From NCBI RefSeq assembly GCF_009914755.1, contig NC_060930.1: DNA of 64,000 bases; one strand, given 5' to 3'. Below the pieces are notes generated by a model that saw only the letters and a program-made list of their open reading frames with translations, did no database searches and was not told the origin of the DNA. Position numbers and translations under genes: made by a program. Shown here piece after piece: positions 14,520-28,269 of this stretch; positions within the stretch are counted from its first letter, which is position 1; every line of letters starts with the position of its first letter. This DNA is from the human T2T-CHM13v2.0 reference genome, Homo sapiens.

Positions 14520-15145
14520 CTCTGGTAGAAATGTAAAATGGTGCAGCTGCTTTGGAAAACAGTGTGGCAGTTCCTCAAAAGGATAAATATAGAGTTACCA
14601 TATGATCCAACAATTCCACTCCTAGATACACTCAAGAGAAATGAAAATATATGTGCACACACAAATCTGTACATGAATGTTCATAACAGCATTATCTATA
14701 ATAGCCAAATGCTGGAAACAACATAAATGTCCATCAACTAAGTGGATGAACAAATGTTGTATATCCATACAAGAATTATTATTCAGCAATAAAAAGGAAT
14801 GAAATGTTGACACAATACTACAACATGCATGAACCTTGAAAGCATTACACTAAGTTAAAGATGTCAGTTACAAAACACCACATATGGTATAATTATATTT
14901 ATATAAAATGTCTGAAATAGGTAAATCTATAGGGACAGAAAGTAGATTAGTGGTTGCCTTGGGCTGGAGGGATAGGAGGATGGAGGGTCACCATAACGGT
15001 ATGAGATTTCTTTTGGAGGTGATAAAAATGTTCTAAAATTTACTATGGGGATGGCTGCATGACTTTGTGGATATACTAAAAAAGTATTGAATTGTACTTA
15101 AACAGTTGATTTTTATGGTGTGAATTATATTTCAATAAAGCTATT
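14520..15145 (+). mobile_element. L1MB-type 3' end
   Basis: AATGTAAAATGGTGCAGCTGCTTTGGAAAAC...TCAATAAAGCT. Confidence 0.85.
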
Positions 15146-15568
15146 ACCAAAATAATGTTTTCCTTTCAGAACTGTTTTATAAGAATCTTAAGAACCATGG
15201 AATATCTTACTAAAAATATATAAAAATAACTAGATGAAGTTGACATTATACTAAATAGCATTATTAAATTTTAAAGTCCAAAAAGTACTAAGAGGATAAG
15301 GTCAAGAACCATTTTCAGAAACACAGAAGAAAATGCTATTGTTTTTCAGCTTGAGAAATATGTATTTTTGTTTAGTAGTCAAACCAAGGGAATTTTTTAA
15401 AGTTATGAATCACTTCTATGCTGTATACTCATTCCTATTAAGTAAAACATAGTCAAGTAATATCATTCATATTTTTGATATGTGGAAAATTACTATTAAA
15501 TGTACCTCACAACACTGTACTGACCAAGATGTTTCCAGGAGAACTTAACTTGTTTGTAGTTGGTGACT

Positions 15569-15994
<426 letters not shown>

Positions 15995-16119
15995 TAATGG
16001 GGACTCCTGACTGAAAAATTTGTTGTGAAGATCAAAGTAGATATGTGTGTACTGCAGAACGCTGTACAACTGTAAGGTGCTGGAATAACAATTATTAATA
16101 ATTAAGATAAATCATTGGG

Positions 16120-16390
16120 AACAGTGGCTCATGCCTGTAATCCCAGCATTTTGGGAGCCTAGGCAAGACGATTACTTGAGGCCAAAAGTTCAAGGTCAGC
16201 CTAGGCGACATAGTGAGACCTTGTCTCTACAAAAAATAAAAATGTTATCTGGCATGGTGGCATGTGCTTGTAGTCCCGGCTTAGGGAGCTGGTGTAGAAG
16301 GATTGCTTGAGCCCAGGAGTTTGAGATTACAGGTAGCTATGATTATGCCACTGTACTGCCTGGAGAAGAGCAAGATGGTCTAAAAAAAAA
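16120..16390 (+). mobile_element. Alu (AluJ-like, degraded)
   Basis: Dimeric Alu with many substitutions. Confidence 0.9.
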
Positions 16391-16463
16391 GATGTAAATA
16401 ACACTAATATTGTTTGTTAACATTTTGTATTATTGTTGTTGGAGAACCTAGCATTAAAATTCC

Positions 16464-16770
16464 AGGCTGGGCGCAGTGGCTCACCCTGTAATCCTAGCAC
16501 TTTGGGAGGCCAAGGTGGGTGGATCGCCTGAGGTCAGGAGTTCGAGACCAGCCTGGCCAACATGGCGAAACCCCGTCTCTACTAAAAATACAAAAATTGT
16601 CGGGCTTGGTGGCTGGTGCCTATAATCCCAGCTACTCGGGAGGCTGACGCAGGAGAATTGCTTGAACTTGGGAGACAGAGGTTGCAGTGAGCCAAGATCG
16701 CGCCACTTCACTCCCACCTGGCAAAAGAGCAAAACTCTGTCTCAAAAACAAACAAACAAACAAACAAAAC
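16464..16770 (+). mobile_element. Alu (AluS-like) with (CAAA)n tail
   Basis: Full dimeric Alu. Confidence 0.95.
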
Positions 16771-18463
16771 AGTAAAATTATCATTGAGAAGACCAAAGGG
16801 ATAAAATTTCTTTCTCTGTCTCTCGCCCTCACTCTTGTTCTCACTCTCCCTCCGAGATCCTGAACTCAAAAAGTTAAAATATTTTGAAGAACTTACTATT
16901 ATTCCATTTTCTAGAGAAATCATGAATATTTAATAAGACATTATCAAATTTATAGCAAAACCTATAACTAACTCTTTTCTGTTCAGTTAATCTCATCAAA
17001 ATAGAAACCATTATCTTTCATGCCTTCAATAGCTAGTATCAGTATATCCTGAGATCTTTTCTATTGTGCTTTCATATAGTATTCCCCATTTAACTTATAT
17101 TTCTTTTAAATGGATTTTTATCCTTTTTATTGTTATATATTCTTATAACAAATATAATACATAGGTATAAATAAAATTTAGAATATACAGACCAGCAAAA
17201 AAAAAAATGAAAAAAAAAACCTTAAAGTTCTTACAATAATAAGTTATACATGTCTTATAAAACAGCATAATTGTGCTGTCTTTCAAGATGTTCAAATAAA
17301 CATTGTTTCTGGATTTCCTCCTCCTCCCTCCATCCTTTAAATAATTATTTGTAGTGAGTAGTATCTGTCTTGCCTGACATGGAAAGCAGATGGAGATGCG
17401 TAATGCTTTTGCTAAATCTCTAAATGTTCTCATTTTTGAAAAACAGTAACCAATGGTAAATGAAAGAAGTATTATCACTGATTCCTCTTTCTAATCAGTG
17501 GGGTTTTCTATTTACTCTGACCACCTATTTCGTTACTCTTACTGGATGCCAAATCATTACAATGTGATTTGGGGAAATAAAAGACATTATAAAAAGAGAA
17601 ACCAGTTATTCATACCTCATAGAAATAATCACATTTAATATATTTTATATCTGCCATATATATATTTTGTATCTGCCATATATATGTGGTGTTATATATA
17701 TGGTTATATATATATGTAGTTATATATAACCAAAAATATTTAAACACGAAGATGTAAAACTGCTAAACCATTCAGGTGCAATTTCTTTTTCAAACTATAG
17801 AAATGTAGAGAGAATAATCTGAACTAGTCCAAGCAGACTTCTCTTAGCATCAGCTCTTCTATGTGCCTATGCTGTTTTTCTTAGTAGATTAAAATTATGC
17901 AAACCTTGTTTGGTTGATTAAAAGCTGTAATTACTCTCCACTTTTTGTTGTGGTTTGCTTTCTCCTTAGCTAGAAGTTTTTAGTTAGATTTAAAATGTTT
18001 GGTTGTTTTTTGTTGTTGTTTTGTCTTGCCTGTCACATATGAAATCTACTGAGAAGAACCTGGCACATTAATTATTTCCACTTCTCAAAATAGATTTATT
18101 GTTAATTTCCCCTTTCAGTTTTACTATTCTTTCAAAGAGATAAAGATTTAATTCTGGGCACTGCCCTACAGAAGCCATACAGGACATTTTAGTTGACCAA
18201 TCTTTAAGTAAAAACAGAGTCCTTTTTCATTTCATAAATACCTTGCTGTTTATGTATTGCTTATAGCAAATAAGAGGTTCGGAAATCTGAAATGCAAAGA
18301 TAAAATTCTTTGCAGCAGTTTTCAGAAGTAGTTATTGATAAACTGAATGCTATAACAATGAGTTTTAATTAGGATGCAAAGTAAACAGAACACATAATTG
18401 TTTATATTCTAATTTTCTTCATTTAGTACACGAGGAAGGGAAGCATAAGCTGTTTTTGAAATA

Positions 18464-18465
<2 letters not shown>

Positions 18466-18505
<40 letters not shown>
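18466..18505. repeat. (GT)20 microsatellite
   Basis: Perfect dinucleotide run. Confidence 0.97.
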
Positions 18506-18507
<2 letters not shown>

Positions 18508-18749
18508 CTCTAAGATGTTTGGCCAAAATTTCATTTCTAGCTCCTAAAGTTACCTCAGTATTCCTCTTTAAAAGATCTTTTTCTTAACTGTCCTCTCTGC
18601 CCACCAACCTACTTAGATTCTGTGGTTCATAATTCCAAGAAGTGCTTTGCCAGTATCTCAAGCCGTTTTCTACTTCTTTTTTTTTTTTTTTTTTGTCCAA
18701 CCCTCTAACTTTAGCAAACATCAACTTTTTCAGTACCTGCACCCTAGCA

Positions 18750-20160
18750 GCCCAGGTCTTAGCAGAAAAAGTACGGTATGGCAGATTGATTCCATCAGGT
18801 TTCAAATCTGACTTCAAATGATCCTCAACACTGTCTGGCAAGCCCCTTGTTTCTATTTGGTTGACTTACTTTCCCACTTAACAAGACACTTCCAGACTTT
18901 CTCCATTCTCTTCTACTCTCTCCAACCCAGTGGTTGCCACAAGAGAGTGGGGTTGTGGTGGGAGGAGCAGTTATGCCTCCTACCCCTCGGTGACATTTGG
19001 CAATACCTGAAGACAGTTTTGACTGTCACTGTTTGGGGTGGGCAGGAGTGCCACTGAAATGTAGTGGGTAAAAGCCAAGGATGCTGCTCAACATCCTGCA
19101 ACTCACAGGACATTCCCACACAGTATAGAATTGTCTGGTCCACGATGTCAGTATGCCGAGATGAGAAACCCTACTCTAGCACCTTCATCTCGGCAGATGC
19201 CTTCTTTTCTTTACAGAGAAATAGCAGCTAGCTTTTGGGAACTCCCTCATCTTTTCTATTTCAAACACAAAACACGTTTTTCGGCACTGAGCCTCATATG
19301 TTGTTATGATAGAGCGATGATACCCTTCTCCTGGCTGAGGCTAACTCTACCACCCATGCGTTGGACTTCAAAACCTCTCATTTTCTCTGTAACATCATAC
19401 TATTTTTATCCATTTTTTGTTCATGTATATTCAATTTTGCCTTTTATATTCGCCCTTTTGACTTTAAAACAATACAATTTCTTCAACTAGACAAAACAAA
19501 ACCAAAAGACTTTCTTTTCTTTCAGGTACTGCCCTGTCCTTCTCCCTCTTCACAGCCACATTTCTCCAAGTGGTTGTTAATGATACCAGCTGTCTACAAT
19601 TCGTCACCACTCACTCACTGCCCAACCTACTCCAGTCTGGCTTCTGGTCCTACCACTCCATTAAAATAGCAATAATGAAAGTCACCAATGCCCCTCATGT
19701 TGTGAATTCCTGAGGTATTTTTAAATCTTCCTTTGACTTCACGTTGCAGTAGCATTCAACAACGCTTATCTCTCCCTGCTTTTTGAAACAGTCTTCCCTT
19801 GATTTCTGCAAGACACAGTCTCTTGGTTTCAACATCTCTGGTCAATTATTTTGTTTCAGATGGATTCTTCTTCCTGGCCTTTAAATGTAGGCATTTCCTT
19901 AAGGTTCAGTCCTGGAACTTCTCAATTTTCACTGGCTTCCTAACTCATGCCGTTCAAACCCGTTGCTTTAGTGAGTATGTATATACAAGATATTTTCAAA
20001 TTAGTATTCCTGTTTCAGACTTGGAGTTTGAGGTCTGTATGTCCAGGTACCTACTTCTTTTTCTGTATGTCTCAAAATATCTCAATTTCAACATATCTCT
20101 AATAGACATCTGCCTCTTTTCTTAGATGCTCCTCCTTCCAACACCCCTGTTTCTCTTAGA
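18750..20160 (+). mobile_element. L2 LINE ORF2/RT remnant, interrupted by MER20; boundaries approximate
   Basis: CTCCAGTCTGGCTTC...CACTCC...GTCACCAATG...GCAGTAGCATTCAAC matches the degraded L2 RT motifs (QSGF, KVTND, AAFD). Confidence 0.75.
18928..19173 (+). mobile_element. MER20 hAT-Charlie DNA transposon
   Basis: CAGTGGTT...GACATTTGGCAAT...GATGCTGCTCAACATCCTGCA...GAGAAACCCT. Confidence 0.85.
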
Positions 20161-21099
20161 ACATGTTTATGGTCCTCTGTGGTTGTAGGACCTCCAAAGT
20201 GACCTCAGTTTTTGTCTATTTTTCAAGCCTGGTCATTCAGAAAAGTAGAGATTGTTATAAGGGAGCTTATTTGGAAGGGGTCTTTCCCTGTGCCCTCATC
20301 CAAATTCTTTTGGAATCACTCTTTCACAATCAACTGTTATTTTCATGTGAGAACTAGATAGATTAATATTCAAATGTGGCAGCCCAAAAGTGGATTAATA
20401 TTGGGAGTGGTGAATGTCTGGTTTTAGTTTTGGTTTGCAAGGTCGGAGGTGCTGTTAGCCCAGTAACTAAAAGTTCCTAGGTTTTAGTTCGTACCGTGAG
20501 ACAAAAATTTATGTATTTGAATTTGATAATCTCTTTCTTTAATATTACTAATGCATCAGAAACACTGACTTCTACTGATAGTCACTGAATTGTTTGAATT
20601 CTTCACTGGTGGTGGCAACATTGTCTCCTAGAGCTTTATATCCTGTTGGGCAGTTGAGCTCAGGTGACCAAGGAAGATAATTTAATTACCATTTAGTCAT
20701 TTTACGCCATATACTTCTACATTATCTTCCCAAAATATTAAGGACACTTTCATGGCTTTATGTAACACCCTACTTCCTGATTCCAAATTCTTTCAGTTAA
20801 GATGCTTTTGATTGCAAATATAACAGAAAACAATACTGGTTTCCTTCAGCAAAAAAAAAAAAAAGAAAGGAATTTATTAGAAGGATATTAGAAGGATACA
20901 TAGGCTCACAGAATCAACATGTGAGTACTGTTTCCTTAAATGAGGTGGTTATGCTGCTAGAAGGAAATAGAATGATTTGCAATTTATATCTAGAGTTAGA
21001 AACCCAGGCAGCCTCAGGACAACAATTATAAAGTAAAACCCAGGAGGAGAAGGCTTAGACATCAAAAGATTGTAGGACTCCCCCAGTTTATATCAGTAG

Positions 21100-21770
21100 C
21101 AATCACATATACTCATGTAAGAATAGAATTTTAGGGTATATGACCAGAGATGGAGAAAAGTTTTAGATTAGTCTGAACTTATCAAAATGAGTTCACTTAC
21201 TAGGGATTCCTGATGCCATGTAATAGAAGCTGGGCTGGTTAACACTAACTTGAACTTAATCTGAACTTCAGGTGTCACAAATGCCTTAGAATAACATGAA
21301 GAAGATTATTAAAATAAGTGGGAGATTGAAATCTTGGATTTGATTTATCATAAGTGTCCTGCCACCCATCCAAAAATGTATCCCTAAAGCAGGCCCAGAA
21401 AACATTCCATTCATTAGGGCTTTTGAGATATACATTGTATTCAAAGCTCTGACATATTTCAAAAGGGTTGTACTGGTTGTTCTTTGCAGGTTGTTCGAGA
21501 AGCTGAAATAGAAATCAATTTCTTGATTTCAGTAGGAATAGTGAGTCCCTAAGAGGGGAGAAGCCAGGTGAGTCACTTATCACTGGAGGAATAAACGGTG
21601 GGCCTGGTCACCATAATGGCAGCAGGGTATGGAATGGGATGACTACAGAAATCTCTAACAGGGAGTAATGGATCATAGAATTCTTGGGGCTGAAATAGAA
21701 CATTCCATTAAGGCCACGTTTGATTTTACTATCCAAAAACCAAGTCTGGTAAACAGAGTTCTTTTCTGTA
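21100..21770 (+). mobile_element. Degraded ERVL-class internal (gag-like) fragment
   Basis: GGGAGATTGAAATCTTGGATTTGATTTATCAT...GGCCCAGAAAACATTCCATTCA resembles ERVL gag. Confidence 0.5.
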
Positions 21771-22001
21771 TACTCTATAGTAGAATAAAATATATATCTT
21801 TTATTAGTGGAGGTTAATTCTAAAATTTATTGTTTAGACTACAGAATACATATCACAATGAAACTAGAGGGAGAAAGGATATAACCTGGAGACTGTAGAT
21901 TTGTGACTAAATAGAGTAACTGTTGCGATTTGTGATTACCTTCATTTGGAAAAGGAATATAATATCCTTTGTAATATCCATTTGTAATAAGCATTTTGTA
22001 A

Positions 22002-22352
22002 TATCCCTTATCCAAAATGCTTGGGACCAGAAGTGCTTCAGATTTTGGATTTTTTTGGATTTTGGATATTTGCATGTACATAATGAGATATCTTGGGTAT
22101 GACAACCAAGTCTAAACATGAAATTCATTTATGTTTCATATACACCTTATATACATAGGCTTAAGGTAATTTTATATAATACTTTAAGTAATTTTGTATA
22201 TGTGTTTTGACTATGACCAGTCTCATGAGGTCAAATTTTCCACTTTTGGGTGTAAAATTTTCTGCTTGTACCATCATGTTGGTACTCAAAAAGTTTTGAA
22301 TTTTGGAGCATTTCGGATTTTAGATTTTTGGATGAAGAATGCTCAACCTGTA
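22002..22352. mobile_element. Tigger4/MER46 (TcMar) non-autonomous DNA transposon
   Basis: TATCCCTTATCCAAAATGCTTGGGACCAGAAG... ending GCTCAACCTG-TA; left TIR missing. Confidence 0.85.
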
Positions 22353-22899
22353 CAAATAATACCTATATTACATTAGGAGGAACAATCTTTTGGGCAGTGT
22401 AATTTTGAGAAGAAGGATATGAGTGAATGTTGTGGTATACGCTTGCCATTTTATTTCTGACTGTCTAATATTTAACCATGTTGTTGTTGTATGCTGTGCT
22501 CTCTATTTGGAAGCATTCCCCAGTGAATATAGTCTAGGAAATAAAAATGCTTCATTTCCTGCTACTGACATGAAGGTGTCAGATGCTCTCTCTCCCTATA
22601 ATCATAGAAGCCAAGGCTTGGGTGTGTCACCTCATCAATTAGACACTGCTGCCAGGGATTGTAAATTTAAGTAAGAAGGACATAAATGAAGACAGGATTA
22701 GGATTCATCTTTGGTAGTACAGTGGCATGATGCTTGTAGTGTCGGGTCTCCTGGCCAGATGATTCTTGTCCAAAGACACTCTCTGGTTTTCAGGCATTTT
22801 GCTCTAGCATCCTTTGATTTGGCGAGTTCTTGATTTTCTCCTCCAACTTCATGTTTTTAGATAATCAGAGTTCATTTATATTGCTTGCATCCTACTGGA

Positions 22900-23415
22900 C
22901 ACAGAATTTAAAACCACCCGAATATTTTTTCCTCCCTAATCCTGGTCCTCTTCTAATATTCCCTGTCTCAGTGAACAAATTGAACAGGCCAAAAACCCAG
23001 GGTGTATTCTTGATAATCCCCTTTTCTCCAACTCATGTCTAATCCATCATTAAATTTTATTGATTTCTCTGCTTGAATCTATCCACTGCTGTCTAGCTCT
23101 ACCACCATCAACACCAACGCCTGAGTCCAAGCCATCCTCATGTCTCACCTGAACTACAACAATGTGTTCAACCTAAGCTCTTTTCTTCCCCCAACCCATT
23201 CTTCCCCAAATCCTTTAAATGTAAAATCTGCTCATGTTATACACTACCCTGCCAGCCAGCCACTTCCACTTTCTCCCTCAGGGAAATCGCCTTGCTTCCT
23301 ACCTCCAGGCTCTTTCCTCTTTCTGGAATTCTCTTCTTCCCCTACTCCCTCCACATAGTTAACTCCTATTCATCCTTCTTCACACCTTCTACCTCACAGT
23401 CTTCCCTTATGATTG
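22900..23415 (+). mobile_element. L2 fragment (resumes at ~24222-24420)
   Basis: CCAAAAACCCAGGGTGTATTCTTGAT...CCAAGCCATCCTCATGTCTCACCTGAACTAC. Confidence 0.7.
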
Positions 23416-23416
23416 C

Positions 23417-24221
23417 TGTCTTATTCTGTTGGACTGCTAGAACAAAATGCCACAGATCGGGTGGCGTAAACAATGGAAATTTGTTTCTCTCCATTTTGGA
23501 GGCTGGGAAGTCCAGGATCAAGGTGCTGGAAGATTAGGTTCTTGGTGAGGATTCTCTTCCTGTCTTGCAGATGGCCAACTCCCTATTGTGTCCTCATATG
23601 ACCTTTCCTTGGTGTGTGCTTGGGAAGGGAGAGAGGGAGAGAGGGAGAAAGGGGGAGAGAGGTAGAGAGAGAGATAGACAGACAGAGAGAAAGAGAGAGA
23701 GAATCTTATAAAGCTACCAATCCTGCCATCTTGGAGCCCCATCCTTATGACCTCATTTAACCTAATTACCTCTTAAATTCCTTATCTCCAAATACAGTCA
23801 CATGGAGGTTGTATTAGTCCATTTTCACGTTGCTAATAAAGACATACCTGAGACTGGGTAATTTACAAAAGAAAGAGGTTTAATGGACTCAGTTCCACGT
23901 GGCTGGGGAGGCCTCAAAATCATGGTGGAAGGTGAAAGGTATGTCTCACATGATGGCAGACAAGAGAAGAGGGCTTGTGCAGGGAAACTCCCCTTTATAA
24001 AACCATCAGATCTCGTGAGACTTACTATCATGAGAATAGCATGGGAAAGACCCACCCACATGATTCAGTTACCTCCCACTGGGTCCCTCCCACAACATGT
24101 GGGAATTGTGGGAGTTACAATTCAAGATGAGATTTGTGTGGGGACACAGCCAAATCATATGAGAGGTTAAGACTTTAAGTATGAATTTGAGGATGGGGAG
24201 ACAAGATTAAATCCATGGCAA
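23417..24221 (-). mobile_element. MLT1A-type MaLR LTR interrupted by THE1
   Basis: GGAGGCTGGGAAGTCCAGGATCAAGG...CTTATCTCCAAATACAGTCACAT; resumes after THE1. Confidence 0.8.
23810..24162 (-). mobile_element. THE1 (B/C-like) solo LTR
   Basis: TGTATTAGTCCATTTTCAC...GGGACACAGCCAAATCATAT; 5-bp TSD GAGGT (23805-23809, 24163-24167). Confidence 0.92.
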
Positions 24222-25362
24222 CTGACTTCCTCAAACTCCCTGGCAAGGTTAGAATCCCTATTGTATGCTCTCATTGTCCCATGTAACTCTTCCTTAGAGT
24301 ACTTGTCCTGGTTGCATTTTACATTTTATTTAGATGATGTGTGATTAATATTTGTCTACTTCTAGGAGGGTAGTTCCACAAAGACAAGGATCTTGTTTGG
24401 CTTTTCTTACCAGTGTTTCTTTGTAAGAACTGATGTAAACCAATCTGGACAAGCACAATGAGTATTTCTGTTTTATAGATAACAGAAGCTGCTAATAGTT
24501 GGATATGGGTGAAGGTTGGGTGCTCCCCCACAATCTCTTCTCCAGGTTATGATGAAAGCAAGTCTTAGACTAAATCCTGCCACTCAAATAATCATTTATT
24601 AAACAAATACAGATTAATAAAAAGGCAAAGCCAGTGTATATCATCTATTCTGGTAAACTGTAAAATCCCAGTATTCAGTTCTTTTATTTACCTAAATTAC
24701 ATCGGAGAAGAAAGTTTCACTGAAAGCAGATGCAACATCAATTTAGAGTCAGGATTCAGTTATCTTTATAGTTAGCACCAGATGCCAGAATTGTCTGAAC
24801 CAATGATTAAATTCAAGAGATCAAGCCTTCAGTGTCATCTCAAATGGTGAAAGATGAAGGATGAAGATGAACTGTTCACTAGACTCTTATCCCCTGTTCA
24901 TGGAAACATGGGAGTGGGGAAGGGGGCTCTAAAATACCCTACTTTAACCACCTATTTTGAATACCACTAATTTCACTAATGGGTATCCATTTCTAATATC
25001 CCCTATACTAACTAACAAGCCACTAATGTTACCAAAGAAAATGATTTTCTCATATTCTTCATACTAATTCATGGAAACCTCTGTGTATAAGAATGCTATG
25101 TGTAAGGATGACTGAAACCCTTGTACTAGCTTGTTCTAAAATGTGGCCTTTCTGAGTACTGTATATGTTAGTTGATGACCCTGAAATTCAGGGACAGACA
25201 GTTTTTGTTTAGGACAACAAAGAAAAAAACACACATTTAGGGTACAACTTCAACATGTATTATCACATTGTTTATGCTAAAGTATTTTAAAGCAAATTAC
25301 AGATAAACATTTACAAGTGCCCAGCACTCAGCCATTTGGTGAATGCTTAATAACCATGTGAT

Positions 25363-25840
25363 ACATACACACGTGTTCTTTGCAGCTCTATTCACAATAG
25401 CAGAGACACGGAATCAACCTAAATGCCTATGAATGGTAGACTGGATAAAGAAAATGTGGTACCATATATACCATGGTATACTATGCGCCACAGAAAAGAA
25501 TGAGATCATGTCCTTTGCAGGAACATGGATGGAGCTGGAGGCTATTATCCTTAGCAAACTAACACAGGATCAGAAAACCAAATACCACATGCTCTCACTT
25601 ATAAGTGGGAGCTAAAGGATAAGAACACATGGACACATAGAGGGGAACAACACACACTGGAGCCTATCAGGGTGGAGGGTGAGAGGAGGGAGAGAATCAG
25701 TAAAAACAATGAATGGGTACTAGGCTTAATACCTGGGTGATGAAATAATCTGTACAAAAAACCTCCATGACAAAAGTTTACCTATATAGTAAATCATCGA
25801 ATGTACCTCTGGAACTCAAAAGTTAAGTGAAAATAAAATG
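25363..25840 (+). mobile_element. Old L1PA (PA15/16-like) 3' end
   Basis: ORF2 C-terminus plus 3' UTR ending AATAAA. Confidence 0.85.
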
Positions 25841-27010
25841 TAGAAAAAATAACAGATATTGATGAGGCTGTGGAGAAAAAGGAACACTTATACACTGTTG
25901 GTGGGATTGTAAATTAGTTCAGCCACTGTGGAAAGCAGTTTGGAGATTTCTGAAAGAACTAAAAATAGAACTACCACTTGAACCAGCAATCCCATTACTG
26001 GATATATATGCAAAGGAATGTAAAGCATTCTGTCAAAAAACAGAGACACTCATTTGTTCATTGCAGCACTACTCACAATAGCAAAGGCATGAAATCAACT
26101 TAGGTCCATCAATGGTGAATTGAATCAAGAAAATATGGTGCATATACACCATGTAATACTACGTAGCCCTGAAAAAGAGCAAAATCATGTCCTTTGCAGC
26201 AACATGGATGCAGCTGGAGGCCATTATCCTAAGCCTATCAATGTAGAAACAGAAAACCAAATACCGTGTGTTTTCACTTATAAGTGGAAGCTAACCATGA
26301 GGTATACATGGATATAAAGATAGGAACAATAGACACAGGACTACTAGAAGCAGGAGGGATGGAGGCTGGCAAGAGTTGAAAAGTTACCTGTCGGGTACTA
26401 TTGATAGAGACAGGAGACAGCCAAGGGTTTCTGGTGAAACTCCACCTTCAAGCCTAAAACAGCCTGAAGGCTGAAAGACCAGACTGCTGGTCCCAGATGA
26501 AACCCACGACCTAGAGGGAGAACTGCCCCTGTTTGCCCACACATTTCTGACTGATTCTTTCTGAATAATGCCCACATGCACACTGGGGGAATGGGGTGGA
26601 GCCACTGGAAGTTTGTGCGTTGTGCAAGGATGAGCGTGGGCTCTTCAACTTGGTTATTCAAGCTGAAGGTGGCCTGGTATTCAATCTGTGAGGTGGGAGC
26701 CCGTTGGCAGGAATCCCTCTAGCTTTGCTGAGCGCTGTTTTTTTCGTTTTTGTTTTTGTTTTTTTTCCTTTTCACCCACTAAATTCTGCTCTGCTCACCC
26801 TTCAGTGTGTCCATATGCCTGTCTTTCTTGGTCGTGACACAAGAACCCAGATTTAGCTGAACTAAGGAGCAAAAATTCTGCATCACTATGTTTACTATCT
26901 GGGTGATAGGATCATTCATACCGCAAACCTCAGCATGACACAATATATCCATGTAACAACTCTGCACATGTACCTGCTGAATCTAAAATAGAAGTTGAAA
27001 TTTTAAGGTA
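25841..27010 (+). mobile_element. Second L1 3' end (L1PA16/PB-like) interrupted by an LTR
   Basis: GAGAAAAAGGAACACTTATACACTGTTGG...; 3' UTR resumes after 26885. Confidence 0.85.
26402..26885 (+). mobile_element. ERV1 solo LTR (LTR27-like)
   Basis: TG...CA termini; 4-bp TSD CTAT (26398-26401, 26886-26889). Confidence 0.85.
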
Positions 27011-27350
27011 AAAACTATGTGATGGGTGATATAAATGAATCCATGAATGAATGATGAATGAATGAACATTAGCCTGGTTTTTATTGTTTGGGAAAAGATT
27101 ATAATGCTACTTTTACTTTTTGTTATATTAATCATTGAGTTAGTATATGCTACAGATGCAGTCAGTTGAAAATAAAACTGTTTTCATTTTGAATAACAAA
27201 TTGGCTCATATGTCCTAAGGGCAATATTTTGGCCTCTTTGTAGTATCAAATGTTCTGATCAAATGCTGCTAAAGGACCCACTTGAGATAAAGAAGTTTTC
27301 ATGGAAAAAAACAAACTCTACATGGCTACAGAATTGCTAATATCTAACAG

Positions 27351-28018
27351 TGTAACGCCCAACAGGTTCTCCTTGTTGCTGTCTAGACAGACCGGATTTA
27401 TCAAGACAGGGAAGTTGCCATAGAGAAAGAGTTTAATTCACACAGAGCTGGCTGTACGGGAGACTGGAGTTTTATTATTACTCAAATCAGTCTGCCTGAA
27501 AATGCTGTAGCGGCCAGTGAGTCGGCGGGAGTGCTGATTGGTTGGGTCAGAGATAAAATCATAGGGAGTCCAAGCTGTCCTCTTGCATTGAGTCAGTTCC
27601 TGGGTGGGGGCCACAAGACCAGAGGAGCCAATTTATTGATTCGGGTGGTGCCAGCTGATCCATCAGGTGCAGGGTCTGCAAAAATATCTCAAGATGTTAT
27701 CCCCAGGAGCGATTTGAAGAGGGTCAAAATCTAGCTGCCTGACTCCTAAACCATGATTTCTAATCTTGTGGCTAATTTGTTAGTCCTACAAAGGCAATCT
27801 AGTCCTCAGGCAAGAAGGGGGTTTGTTTCAGGAAAGGGCTATTATTGTCCTTGTTTCAAAGTTAAACTATAAACTAAGTTCCTTCCAAAGTTAGTGCAGC
27901 CTATGCCCAGGAATGAACAGGCCCAGCTTGGAGGTTAGAAGCAAGATGGAGTTGATTAGATCAGATCTCTTTCACTGTAATGATTTTCTCAGTTATAATT
28001 TTTGCAATGGTAGTTTCA
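27351..28018 (-). mobile_element. ERV1 solo LTR (LTR8/8A-like)
   Basis: TGTAAC...GATTTATCAAGACAGGG...TTTTATTATTACTCAAATCAGTCT...GTTTCA. Confidence 0.85.
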
Positions 28019-28269
28019 GTTGGAAAGAAATATTAATAAACTTCACATGGGTACAGAGTTGCTAATATCTAAGTCTCTCTTAGGATAAATGACAATTGGG
28101 AATGGGACTTCAAATGGTGTTCAACATACCGTCTAACTCATAGAAATGCTCAGCAGAGACTTACTGAACTATTACACGGAATGGGGGATGTTTTACAGCA
28201 GTGTTCCCAATACTAGGGCTCATTGAAGGCAACATGAAAGGGTCCTGAAGGTGAAACTCTATGGCCATA

